Source: an uncultured Dehalococcoidia bacterium
GTDB lineage: Bacteria; Chloroflexota; Dehalococcoidia; Lucifugimonadales; UBA826
Length of the DNA stretch: 64,000 nucleotides
Assembly: GCA_964500645.1 (NCBI GenBank)
Contig: CAZCOH010000002.1
Span: 51,735 to 115,734 of the forward strand
Direction of reading: 5' to 3'
Shown: positions 47,928-56,774 of the stretch, piece by piece
Layout: the number at the start of each line of letters is the position of its first letter
Position numbering within the stretch: position 1 is the first letter of the stretch
Notes under the pieces: model-generated
The model's input: only the letters and a program-made list of their open reading frames with translations
Told to the model about the DNA's origin: nothing
The model's database searches: none
Made by a program: the position numbers and the translations under genes

Positions 47928-49139
47928 TTGAAGATAACTGACATAAAAACTTTTATCGTAGATGCTGGTTGGAGACCTTGGATGTTTGTGAAGGTTGAAA
48001 CGGATGAAGGAATTTATGGGTGGGGAGAATGTAGTGACGGAAAATTACCTAACGGAATAGATGGAGTTATAAAAGATCTAAAGCCCGTTTTGATAGGTAA
48101 AGATCCAAGGGCATTTGAAATGCGGTTCACAGAGATGTTGATTAATACACGCCAGAGTAGATGGGGTGTTGCGGCTAAAGCATTGGCTGGATTGGATTGT
48201 GCTTTTATCGATATTAAAGCGAAAGCGCTTGGTATATCAGTTGCGGAACTATTCGGAGGTCCCACAAGAGATAAGGTAAGGGTTTATTGGTCTCATTGTG
48301 GGTCCAGTAGGATTCGTCACGCGGATATTTTGGGGACTCCTCCCATTAATTCATGGGCGGATGTAACTGCTCTGGGGAAGGAAGTAAAAGAGAGGGGATT
48401 CACTGCTTTAAAGACTAATGTTTTACTTCCGGGTGAGGGAGCTACATTCGGCGGCGGTTCATTTGGTGGGGCTGGTACTACTGATCAAATAGCACCTAAG
48501 TGGCTTATTCCACATATAGAAACTCTAATTGGGACGTTTAGAGATGCCGTGGGTGACGACATAGACATCAATCTGGATCTGAATTTTCACTTTAAAACCG
48601 AAGGTTGCTTGAGGATAGCTAAAGTCTTAGAACAATTCGATATGTTGTGGCTTGAAATTGACATGTATGATCCATCGAGTTTACGTCAAATTAAAGACTC
48701 TACATCCACCAAAATTTGCACAGGTGAAAATCTTTTCTACATGGACCAGTATCTGCCTTATTTTGAAGGACATGCAGCTGACATATTCATGATAGACGTT
48801 CCTTGGAATGGGTTTAGCCAATCTAAGAAGATTGGTGATCTAGCTGAAGTATTTCAACATAACGTGGCTCCACACAATTATTACAGTCACCTGTCCAGTT
48901 TTGTGAGTGCATCTTTGTGTGCATCCTTGCCTAACGTAAGAATCATGGAAATAGATATTGATGATGTTCCTTGGAAAGATGAATTAACAACTAACGTTCC
49001 TGAAATAGTTGACGGCTACATGACGGTACCGTCAGGGCCTGGTTGGGGAACTGAAATTAATGAGGATATTGCGAGGGCACATCCATGGGATGAGAATAAG
49101 GTAATGTCGGTGATGTCACATGGATATAAGGTGATATGA
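47928..49139 (+). CDS. enolase-superfamily enzyme (mandelate racemase / D-galactonate dehydratase-like)
   Basis: MKITDIKTFIV...VKVETDEGIYGWGE capping domain, then a barrel with LDLNFHF, WLEIDM and TGENL metal-ligand regions. Confidence 0.85.
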   Translation: MKITDIKTFIVDAGWRPWMFVKVETDEGIYGWGECSDGKLPNGIDGVIKDLKPVLIGKDPRAFEMRFTEMLINTRQSRWGVAAKALAGLDCAFIDIKAKALGISVAELFGGPTRDKVRVYWSHCGSSRIRHADILGTPPINSWADVTALGKEVKERGFTALKTNVLLPGEGATFGGGSFGGAGTTDQIAPKWLIPHIETLIGTFRDAVGDDIDINLDLNFHFKTEGCLRIAKVLEQFDMLWLEIDMYDPSSLRQIKDSTSTKICTGENLFYMDQYLPYFEGHAADIFMIDVPWNGFSQSKKIGDLAEVFQHNVAPHNYYSHLSSFVSASLCASLPNVRIMEIDIDDVPWKDELTTNVPEIVDGYMTVPSGPGWGTEINEDIARAHPWDENKVMSVMSHGYKVI

Positions 49140-49168
49140 AATAAATTTTCGCTGTTGCAGTTTTAGAG

Positions 49169-50047
49169 TTATCTGGTGTTAACCTGAGTTGCAACAAACT
49201 CTTTCATCATCTGAATGGCGGCGTGAGATTCTGGTTGCGGAGTTCTCACAAAACTGTGAGGCATATTTTCAAACCTCCTCAGGTCTATATCACCACCCAA
49301 ACTGGCATAAGTTCTAGAAAATCTATTTGGTATTTCATTTGGCACATTTGCATCAACGGTACCATGAATAAGTAGGCACGAAGGTAGATGCTGATGGGAT
49401 TTGGAGTCCAACACGTTTTGGGGGTTTGCTAATCGCATATTCTCTTCGGTAATAAAATACGATTCAGTTCCGCGTATCAAGCTCTCAATGTCTGCTCCTT
49501 TGGCGTAAAGGTAACGCTCATATGAGTCTAAGACAGCTGACACCCCAATAAAATAGTCGAGAGTTGAATCGGTATCTAAGAATTTCTCTGAAGTGTGTTT
49601 GGAATAAGTAGGGTCGTGAGGTTTTAAAGAATTTAGCATCAGGGTATGGCCCCCACTCGATATTCCCATCCCTCCAAAAGTTGAAGGGTCTCCTCCGTAA
49701 TTATGGCATTCTGATTTCCACCATCTAACCGCGTAATTGACATCTTGCACTTGTCTTGGGTAGGGGTCTAGGGGAGCTACTCTAAAATCTACGGCTGCAA
49801 CAACCATACCGCTCGCTGCCAAAGACCTGTCGATATATTCTCCGTCAATACGCGAGCCAGATTGCCAGGCTCCTCCATGAACATCTAGGAATGCAGGGAA
49901 GGTTCTTTCTTTGGATACAAAGTTGGGACGATAAATCGTTGCACTGAAAGATCTTTTTTCAGAACCTGAACCTATTTCTAGGTAAGTGGTATCGGAGGAG
50001 GTTATGTCGAACAAGTCATTTAGATCGTACATTTGTATCTGCAACAC
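49169..50047 (-). CDS. alpha/beta hydrolase (HSL-type esterase/lipase)
   Basis: HGGAW oxyanion motif and GISSGGH nucleophile elbow. The start is uncertain (GTG 50047 or ATG 50032). Confidence 0.8.
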   Translation of the reverse strand: MLQIQMYDLNDLFDITSSDTTYLEIGSGSEKRSFSATIYRPNFVSKERTFPAFLDVHGGAWQSGSRIDGEYIDRSLAASGMVVAAVDFRVAPLDPYPRQVQDVNYAVRWWKSECHNYGGDPSTFGGMGISSGGHTLMLNSLKPHDPTYSKHTSEKFLDTDSTLDYFIGVSAVLDSYERYLYAKGADIESLIRGTESYFITEENMRLANPQNVLDSKSHQHLPSCLLIHGTVDANVPNEIPNRFSRTYASLGGDIDLRRFENMPHSFVRTPQPESHAAIQMMKEFVATQVNTR

Positions 50048-50102
50048 CTGAAAGATTAGTCGCCTTATAGTAACCCAAGAGGCGTAATTTAGCTTTATAT
50101 AT

Positions 50103-50132
50103 TTGTTGAGGTATGGATAAACAAACTATAAT
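50103..50132 (+). promoter_or_regulatory. putative sigma70-type promoter of rbp copy 1
   Basis: TTGTTG-N18-TATAAT, about 107 nt upstream of the GTG start. The same element occurs at 50711..50740 for copy 2. Confidence 0.3.
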
Positions 50133-50239
50133 GGAGTATCTTTTATGAGGCGATTTGCCAAATGTGGTAAAATTCGCGTCTTTAAATCAGTAGGTTGCTC
50201 CTATAGGGTAACCGTTTAGTTTCGGAGTGGAAGAATCGC

Positions 50240-50491
50240 GTGAATATATATGTTGGGAATATTTCGTACAGTACTTCTGAGGACGACCTCAGGGACCTTT
50301 TCGCACGGTACGGTGAGGTTACTGCAGTACGCACGATTACCGATAGAGATACAGGCAGGTCGAAAGGTTTCGGCTTTGTCGAGATGACTGATGATGATCA
50401 GGCCAAGGAAGCAATCAGCGCTTTAGATAGCAATGACTTCATGGGACGTGACATCAGGGTTAACGAGGCCAGGCCTCGAGAACCCAGATAA
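50240..50491 (+). CDS. RRM-type RNA-binding protein (Rbp, copy 1)
   Basis: 83 aa with RNP2 IYVGNI and RNP1 KGFGFVEM. GTG start. Confidence 0.9.
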   Translation: MNIYVGNISYSTSEDDLRDLFARYGEVTAVRTITDRDTGRSKGFGFVEMTDDDQAKEAISALDSNDFMGRDIRVNEARPREPR

Positions 50492-50540
50492 ATTTGTCTC
50501 CTAGTCTCCTCAGATTACTCTAGGAGGCTCTCTCATTTAT

Positions 50541-50580
50541 CACATGGCAAGTAGCTTATGTAAGTTTTGCTTGCCATGTG
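50541..50580 (+). other. long hairpin downstream of rbp copy 1 (terminator or stability element, no U-tract)
   Basis: CACATGGCAAG-N18-CTTGCCATGTG, a perfect 11-bp stem. Confidence 0.5.
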
Positions 50581-50847
50581 AATATCCCATTTAAGCGGGT
50601 CGATTATGGCCTTGGTGTTTCGACTTGTCTCGAATTATCAAAGTAAACTCCTTACTTGAAAGATTAGTCACTTTATAGCAACCCAAGAGGCGTAATTTAG
50701 CTTTATATATTTGTTGAGGTATGGATAAACAAACTATAATGGAGTATCTTTTATGAGGCGATTTGCCAAATGTGGTAAAATTCGCGTCTTTAAATCAGTA
50801 GGTTGCTCCTATAGGGTAACCGTTTAGTTTCGGAGTGGAAGAATCGC

Positions 50848-51099
50848 GTGAATATATATGTTGGGAATATTTCGTACAGTACTTCTGAGGACGACCTCAG
50901 GGACCTTTTCGCACGGTACGGTGAGGTTACTGCAGTACGCACGATTACCGATAGAGATACAGGCAGGTCGAAAGGTTTCGGCTTTGTCGAGATGACTGAT
51001 GATGATCAGGCCAAGGAAGCAATCAGCGCTTTAGATAGCAATGACTTCATGGGACGTGACATCAGGGTTAACGAGGCCAGGCCTCGAGAACCCAGATAA
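50848..51099 (+). CDS. RRM-type RNA-binding protein (Rbp, copy 2, identical protein)
   Basis: Translation is identical to copy 1. Confidence 0.9.
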   Translation: MNIYVGNISYSTSEDDLRDLFARYGEVTAVRTITDRDTGRSKGFGFVEMTDDDQAKEAISALDSNDFMGRDIRVNEARPREPR

Positions 51100-51148
51100 A
51101 TTTGTCTCCTAGTCTCCTCAGATTACTCTAGGAGGCTCTCTCATTTAT

Positions 51149-51188
51149 CACATGGCAAGTAGCTTATGTAAGTTTTGCTTGCCATGTG
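51149..51188 (+). other. long hairpin downstream of rbp copy 2
   Basis: Identical to 50541..50580. Confidence 0.5.
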
Positions 51189-51273
51189 AATATCCCATTT
51201 AAACTGGCTAATAAAGTCTTGGCTTTTCATGACGTTTCCAATCGTCATGAGATAAGTTCTTTGCGGTTCTTAA

Positions 51274-52302
51274 TTAGTTTACTGTTACTTTGTACGTTTT
51301 CACCGCAGTGTCATGAAACAGCGCATTTATCGTCGATTCATCGAAATCAGACGATATTTTCTTAAAAGCGTTGTACATTACATGATAGGAAAATGACACT
51401 TTGTCTACTGGAAAATTACTTTCGAACATGCACCGGGTTGGCCCAAATTTATCTATACAATAAGAGATAAATGGTTCCATGTCATGAGCGAGTTCTTCGG
51501 ATCCTACCGGTATGTCCCTGAGATGCCAGTCGAACCCCATCATAGGCATCCCCATTCCTCCCAGTTTAATCACGACATTTGGACATTCAGACACAGCATC
51601 TATACCTTCTTTCCAAATTGATATGGTCTGATCATCTTTACCAAGATAGGGCCCAGTTCTTAATAAGCCACCGATATGGTTCAGAATAATGGTTAAAGTG
51701 GGGACGGATTTCGCAAAGTCTGCAAGATCTTTAAGTTGGTGGTGATACATCCATCCTTCGAGGCTCAAATCCATATCCGCTAAAATTTGAGCTCCTAATC
51801 TGAATCGCTCATTTTTCATCTGGTCAGCTCCTCCCTTTGAGGAGGATGAAGCAAATTCTGGATTTGAATCCCAAGTTAGCCTATGTCTTATTCCTCTGAA
51901 CCTGTTGGAGCTTGCCTCTTTTAATCTGTTCAGAACAGGTCTGACATCCTCTCCGAGGTTCAAGTCAGCTGATCCTATTATTGATGCTGCAATTCTTGAT
52001 TCTCCGTAAAGTCCACTGGCTGACATAGCGGATATGCCCTGAACAAATTCGACTTCTCCTACAGGTTTCATTTCCTCTGGACCAGAAGCTCTTAGCATGG
52101 ATTCAGCTTCTATAAACACAGTTGACCTGATGTTATGTCCCGAATTTGTATCTTCTAAAAGTTCGTCTAAAAGATATCGTTGATAAGGAATTCGTACTTG
52201 ACGATGGTCCCATAGATGATGATGTGGATCACAAATCGGGAGATTAGGATTTATTGGTTCTTCCTTAGTCTGAGATAGCCAGTCATTTCCACCAAATGCC
52301 AT
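51274..52302 (-). CDS. amidohydrolase-2 family metal-dependent hydrolase (TIM barrel)
   Basis: CDPHHHLWD metal-binding N-terminal motif and an ILNHIGG middle motif; 342 aa. Confidence 0.8.
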   Translation of the reverse strand: MAFGGNDWLSQTKEEPINPNLPICDPHHHLWDHRQVRIPYQRYLLDELLEDTNSGHNIRSTVFIEAESMLRASGPEEMKPVGEVEFVQGISAMSASGLYGESRIAASIIGSADLNLGEDVRPVLNRLKEASSNRFRGIRHRLTWDSNPEFASSSSKGGADQMKNERFRLGAQILADMDLSLEGWMYHHQLKDLADFAKSVPTLTIILNHIGGLLRTGPYLGKDDQTISIWKEGIDAVSECPNVVIKLGGMGMPMMGFDWHLRDIPVGSEELAHDMEPFISYCIDKFGPTRCMFESNFPVDKVSFSYHVMYNAFKKISSDFDESTINALFHDTAVKTYKVTVN

Positions 52303-52470
52303 TTTCTTCTCCTGATTAGCTAGATCTATTAACGTTTTTATCGAATTCGACTGAGATTCTGTTCATTGTATTAAGGGATTTTTATTGTGAGATAATTGGT
52401 TTGTATTTATAAATATTATTTTGCCTTGCGTCACAATATCAGTAAAAGAAATGGATGGGTAGTTAACGTT

Positions 52471-54729
52471 ATGAACATAAAGATTGTGGTATCCCTTGTT
52501 TCTTTGATTGCAATAGCCCTCATAGGATGCGGAATAGTGGACGAGGAGGAAGCACAGGCGGCTCTAGATATAAAAAAGCAAATTTTAGAGATACAAACTA
52601 CTGAACTGGATCCCTTGATGGACCAAATTGCGTTGCTTCAAGAATCGATAGAGCCTTTGGAACAGGAGATCGAAGCTCTTGAATCGCAAAGAGAGGATCT
52701 TTACGACCAAGGTAGGGAACTTGGCGATGAATTTGAAGATGAGATGCGAGACAAATTTGATGTCCTTTTCATGAAAGAAGGAGAAGGACGAGACAAATTT
52801 GAAGACGAAATAGAAGCAGAGTATGACAACCTGGAAAAAGAGCGAGGCGTGATAGAGGATAAAGCTGAGGATCTCTTTGAAACTCGAGTAGAGGACAAGC
52901 AAAAAGAGCTCTGGAGGAAATTTGAGGCTGAATTGGAGGAATCTCGGAAGAGTAAAGATAAGGAAATCCAAGCTATATGGAGATCCCTTGATGATGAGAT
53001 TCAAGAACGGATGGAGGAAGCTGAAGGAGGACCAGATGACTTCAAGGCTGAAGCGAAAGCTTTGAAGGACGAGTTCAACCTTTTGGAAGATCAGAGGAAA
53101 GATATAGACAGGCGTAGCAATGATCTTCGAGAGAAATTGATGGACATAGAAGAAAAACAAATGGATATAGAAGATCAAAGGTACCCGTTAGAAGACCAGC
53201 GTGAAGAGCTTAGGGAGCAAGAAAGAGATGTTTGGGAGAGAGATGAACCGAAAGATTTTGATGACTTAATAGATGATAACCATAAGCAAATTGATGCTTT
53301 AAGAGAGACTGTAAATGATGCGTGGGATGCTTTTGATCAGAAGAAGGATAGAGATTTTCAAGAATACGATCAAAAAATAGATGCAGCATGGGGTCAGTAT
53401 GAAGAGCAATTGCGGGCTATAGAGAATCAGAGATCTGAGGTATACAACAAGGCTGATGCTGCGGCTGCTTCAGCAGATGCTTCAGTGGATTTAGAATCAC
53501 TTAATAATCAGTATCAATTAGATGTCGATAATTATAAGAAACTTATTGAAGAGGCAGATAGCAAGATTACTGACTTAAAGGCTGCCGGCAAGGGAGATGA
53601 TGATTCTGAAGTGATGACAATTTCCGATAAACGCTCTGAATACTCATCGATACTTGTGGACCTTAAGAAAAGTCATGATGACAGGAAAAAAATCCTTGAA
53701 GCCTCAATTTCTAATGTTGGATCGGTTGATATTGCTTCCGAAGAAGCAAAATTTAAAGACATGCAAAAAGATGCTGAAGATGACCTAAACTCGCTGTTGG
53801 TGAAGATAGATGATGACATGTACGGGTCGTCGTCTTCGCAACCCGATGGGGTCTCAGATATTGAAAAACAGATTGACCTTTTAGAGGCAGAAATTAAACA
53901 GCTATGGGATGAAAGTGATTCATTCCATAAATCAAAAGAGGAAGACGCCAAGGGCATAAAGAAACAGATTCGTGAAATCGAAAACTTGATCGATCCTTTA
54001 CAAGATGCCCAAAGGGCACTGCAATTAGAACAACGTCCATTAAGAAGAGAGGAGATGTCTTTTAACAAAGAACGTATGGAGCTTGATTCGAAGTGGGATG
54101 ACCTTGATGAGAGACGCGGGGATATGGAACGGAGAGGTGAGGATATAAGAGAAGAAATCCGGGATGAAATGATGGCATGGGAAAAACAACGCAGACGTGA
54201 AGTTGAAGACCTCACTCAGGACATGTGGGATGAGTTTGAAGATGAGAACAGGGATATCCGCAACAATCTGGAAGACCAGAATGAAGATATTAGAGAGAAA
54301 GTAGAAGAAGAAATTGAGGCAATGTTCTCGGAACTCGAGGATCGATACAAGGAATTGGATGGAAGAAGAGATAATCTGGAGGAGGCCTTTCAGAAAGAAA
54401 TGGAATCTCAGCGTGATGAACTTGAAGGCAAAAAAGATGAACTCTTTGCCGAAAAAATGGCTCCTTTGGAAACCCTGGCTAAAAAGCTAGATGCTGAGTT
54501 GGAAAATAAGTGGAATGGTTTGGATGATCTATACACTGAGCAGGAAAAGCTGACTTCTCAATTAGGGGAAATAGAGAAAAGAGTAAGAGATCTGGATAGA
54601 CAGGCAGAAACCGGCCTAATTAATGTCATATCTGGGGCATTAGAAAATGCAAAAGAACTGGAGAAGGGAAAAGCCAGTAGTTTCGAGTCATTTTTGCCTC
54701 AAGTTGGCAATAGTGACAAAGGTAACTAG
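52471..54729 (+). CDS. hyper-charged (D/E/K/R-rich) coiled-coil lipoprotein of unknown function
   Basis: ATG 52471 gives MNIKIVVSLVSLIAIALIGCG (signal plus lipobox LIGC). About 730 residues follow, dominated by E, D, K, R, Q and L with internally similar segments, for example DEFEDEMRDKFD and DEFEDENRDIRN. A perfect terminator follows. Confidence 0.7.
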   Translation: MNIKIVVSLVSLIAIALIGCGIVDEEEAQAALDIKKQILEIQTTELDPLMDQIALLQESIEPLEQEIEALESQREDLYDQGRELGDEFEDEMRDKFDVLFMKEGEGRDKFEDEIEAEYDNLEKERGVIEDKAEDLFETRVEDKQKELWRKFEAELEESRKSKDKEIQAIWRSLDDEIQERMEEAEGGPDDFKAEAKALKDEFNLLEDQRKDIDRRSNDLREKLMDIEEKQMDIEDQRYPLEDQREELREQERDVWERDEPKDFDDLIDDNHKQIDALRETVNDAWDAFDQKKDRDFQEYDQKIDAAWGQYEEQLRAIENQRSEVYNKADAAAASADASVDLESLNNQYQLDVDNYKKLIEEADSKITDLKAAGKGDDDSEVMTISDKRSEYSSILVDLKKSHDDRKKILEASISNVGSVDIASEEAKFKDMQKDAEDDLNSLLVKIDDDMYGSSSSQPDGVSDIEKQIDLLEAEIKQLWDESDSFHKSKEEDAKGIKKQIREIENLIDPLQDAQRALQLEQRPLRREEMSFNKERMELDSKWDDLDERRGDMERRGEDIREEIRDEMMAWEKQRRREVEDLTQDMWDEFEDENRDIRNNLEDQNEDIREKVEEEIEAMFSELEDRYKELDGRRDNLEEAFQKEMESQRDELEGKKDELFAEKMAPLETLAKKLDAELENKWNGLDDLYTEQEKLTSQLGEIEKRVRDLDRQAETGLINVISGALENAKELEKGKASSFESFLPQVGNSDKGN

Positions 54730-54756
54730 GTTGTCGGTCCGTTGTAAACATTAATT

Positions 54757-54790
54757 AAAAATAGGAGAGGATTCACCCTCTCCTATTTTT
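54757..54790. terminator. bidirectional rho-independent terminator
   Basis: AAAAATAGGAGAGG-ATTCAC-CCTCTCCTATTTTT lies between convergent genes, and the T/A tracts serve both strands. Confidence 0.8.
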
Positions 54791-54794
54791 AATT

Positions 54795-54989
54795 TTAATT
54801 AACTGAGTTTACGCTTTCTGACGTTTGTTTGGAGCGAATCCAAGAGTCGATATCAGACCTGAAAAAACGCCACTGGTGACCCACCCTATTAGCAGGAATA
54901 TCTCCTGATTTTAGAAGTTTGTAAATGGTCATCCTGTCGAGTTGTAAGTACTCGGCTAGTTCCTTGGTTGTCATTAGATCATCTAGCAT
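54795..54989 (-). CDS. excisionase-family / MerR-superfamily helix-turn-helix DNA-binding protein
   Basis: 64 aa. MTTKELAEYLQLDRMTIYKLLKSGDIPANRVGHQWRFFRSDIDSWI is typical of the excisionase-type HTH_17 domain. Confidence 0.75.
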   Translation of the reverse strand: MLDDLMTTKELAEYLQLDRMTIYKLLKSGDIPANRVGHQWRFFRSDIDSWIRSKQTSESVNSVN

Positions 54990-55174
54990 AATTCCCTCCT
55001 AAAATATGACTACTAAAAAGTTTATCCCAGTTACTATATAAAGTAAATATGACTAATTTATTAACAATATTTGTTTAAATTAGAATATATATGTTCAGGA
55101 ATCTGAGAGTAATTAATACGTTATTCAGAATTGTTTCTGAAGATAGAAATAAAAGTTTAATATTTGGATGAATT

Positions 55175-56704
55175 TTAAGGTCTGATCTGATTGGGACGTT
55201 GCACTAGGAGATGAGACATGGCAGAAAGCACCTGTATTGTGCCCATTATCATGTACACGGTCTTCATTCCTGATATGAAAGTTTTGAGAAGTTGACTTCC
55301 TTCACCAGCTCCGAGTACTGCTTCTACGTCAGATGAATAACCTTGAGCAAACATAATTCCAGAAATTGTGGCCGTTGTTATTGCTATACCTGTTACATTT
55401 CCTGCATTTCTAGAGAGATTAACTAATCCTGAAACAATCCCATGGCGATCCTGGTTCGATGACTTGAAAATAGCTGCATTATTGGGAGACATAAAGATCC
55501 CAGATCCGGTACTGAAAATTAAAATTGATAAAACAACATAAAAAACCGAGGTGCTTTCTCCCATAAGCGCCATTAGATACAACCCGGCGGCGCATAAACC
55601 AAGACCTACGGTTGTGAATATTTTCGTTCCGAAATGATCTGAAATATTTCCTGATATGGGACCCAGGATAATTCTGCTTACAGCGTTCGGAATAAGAACT
55701 AATGAAATTTGTGCAGGAGTTAATTTTAATGCTGCTTGAAGGTAGAAAGGGATTAGAAATCGAAAAGATGTTACGCCAAGAAAGGAAAGGTAATTAGTAA
55801 CTATACCAATAGAGAAAAGTTTGCTATTAAACAGTCCCAAGTCAAGTATTGGAGATTCGTTGTTCAGTTCCCACCTTATAAATGTCACCAGTGTCGCAAT
55901 AAAGATCAAGATACCTGCCAGCATTGGGAAGGAGAAAAGTCCGATTCTACCTATGCTTGACAATGTAATCAGGAATGTAAGTAATACTGTTGTTGATAAT
56001 CCTGCACCAATCCAATCATATGATTGATTTGTTGGAGATTTTTTGTTGAATCTTGCGGGATCAATCAAAAAAATAGTGATTATGAACGTCAAGGCACACA
56101 ACGGAACATTTATCCAAAAGACCCACTGCCAGCCTACATAGGTGATTAGAAAGCCACCTATTATCGGCCCAATTATTCCCCCGGTTCCAATTATTGCACC
56201 ATGCGCTCCTAGGCCTTTTCCGCGTTCCTCATTTGAAAATACGGTAGTTATCATCGCCATACCGGTTGCTTGAGTCATAGAGGCTCCCAAACCTTGGAAT
56301 ATTCTAAAAATAATAATTAGAACAATTGGTGACCCAATGCTTAGTGAGGTAGATAAAGCTGGAGAAATACCTGTTAGAAAAGAGGTCAGTCCGAAGAGTG
56401 TGATTCCGGTTATGTACATAGACTTTCGACCAATCATGTCCGAAAGTCTTCCCATAGGCAGTAGCATGGCACTTATTGTCAAAGATTCTGCTAGCACCAC
56501 CCACTGAACTGTTGTCAGCGATACACCGAAAAACTGTGCGATTGTTGGTAGAGCGATGCCAACACTGCCGTGATGTGCAACATTTGTTACAGATCCAAGC
56601 CCAAGAGCGAAAAACAGCATCCATTTATAGTGGGTGGAATTGTAGAGGCGAGGTTGCATGACAGCTATGTTATACCTTGCAGTAGTAGGTTCGAAAATAT
56701 ACAT
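55175..56704 (-). CDS. MFS transporter, DHA2 (14-TMS)
   Basis: Paralogue of 5619..7124 and 61877..63361, with IALPTIAQFFGVSLTTVQWVV...LPMGRLSDMIGRK. The start could be the ATG at 56659. Confidence 0.8.
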   Translation of the reverse strand: MYIFEPTTARYNIAVMQPRLYNSTHYKWMLFFALGLGSVTNVAHHGSVGIALPTIAQFFGVSLTTVQWVVLAESLTISAMLLPMGRLSDMIGRKSMYITGITLFGLTSFLTGISPALSTSLSIGSPIVLIIIFRIFQGLGASMTQATGMAMITTVFSNEERGKGLGAHGAIIGTGGIIGPIIGGFLITYVGWQWVFWINVPLCALTFIITIFLIDPARFNKKSPTNQSYDWIGAGLSTTVLLTFLITLSSIGRIGLFSFPMLAGILIFIATLVTFIRWELNNESPILDLGLFNSKLFSIGIVTNYLSFLGVTSFRFLIPFYLQAALKLTPAQISLVLIPNAVSRIILGPISGNISDHFGTKIFTTVGLGLCAAGLYLMALMGESTSVFYVVLSILIFSTGSGIFMSPNNAAIFKSSNQDRHGIVSGLVNLSRNAGNVTGIAITTATISGIMFAQGYSSDVEAVLGAGEGSQLLKTFISGMKTVYMIMGTIQVLSAMSHLLVQRPNQIRP

Positions 56705-56774
56705 ATAGTTCGGATATACTGACCTTCACGCAAAAACGCTTGTAAAAGACAGGCTAATAGTCAGGAGAAAATTT

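Larger units (their letters stand above)
50049..50594. repeat. tandem duplication, copy 1 (promoter-leader-rbp gene-hairpin unit)
   Basis: Matches 50657..51202 at a fixed offset of 608 nt. The only mismatches I see are at 50062, 50064 and 50071. Confidence 0.9.
50657..51202. repeat. tandem duplication, copy 2
   Basis: See copy 1. The copies are separated by a 62-bp junction (50595..50656). That junction loosely resembles the sequence following copy 2. Confidence 0.9.

Noticed and set aside
52585-54215. Long minus-strand ORFs (197 aa and 180 aa), Ser/Phe/Leu-rich.
   Set aside because: They are antisense artefacts of the GAA/GAT/AAG-rich periodic coding sequence of the charged lipoprotein gene.
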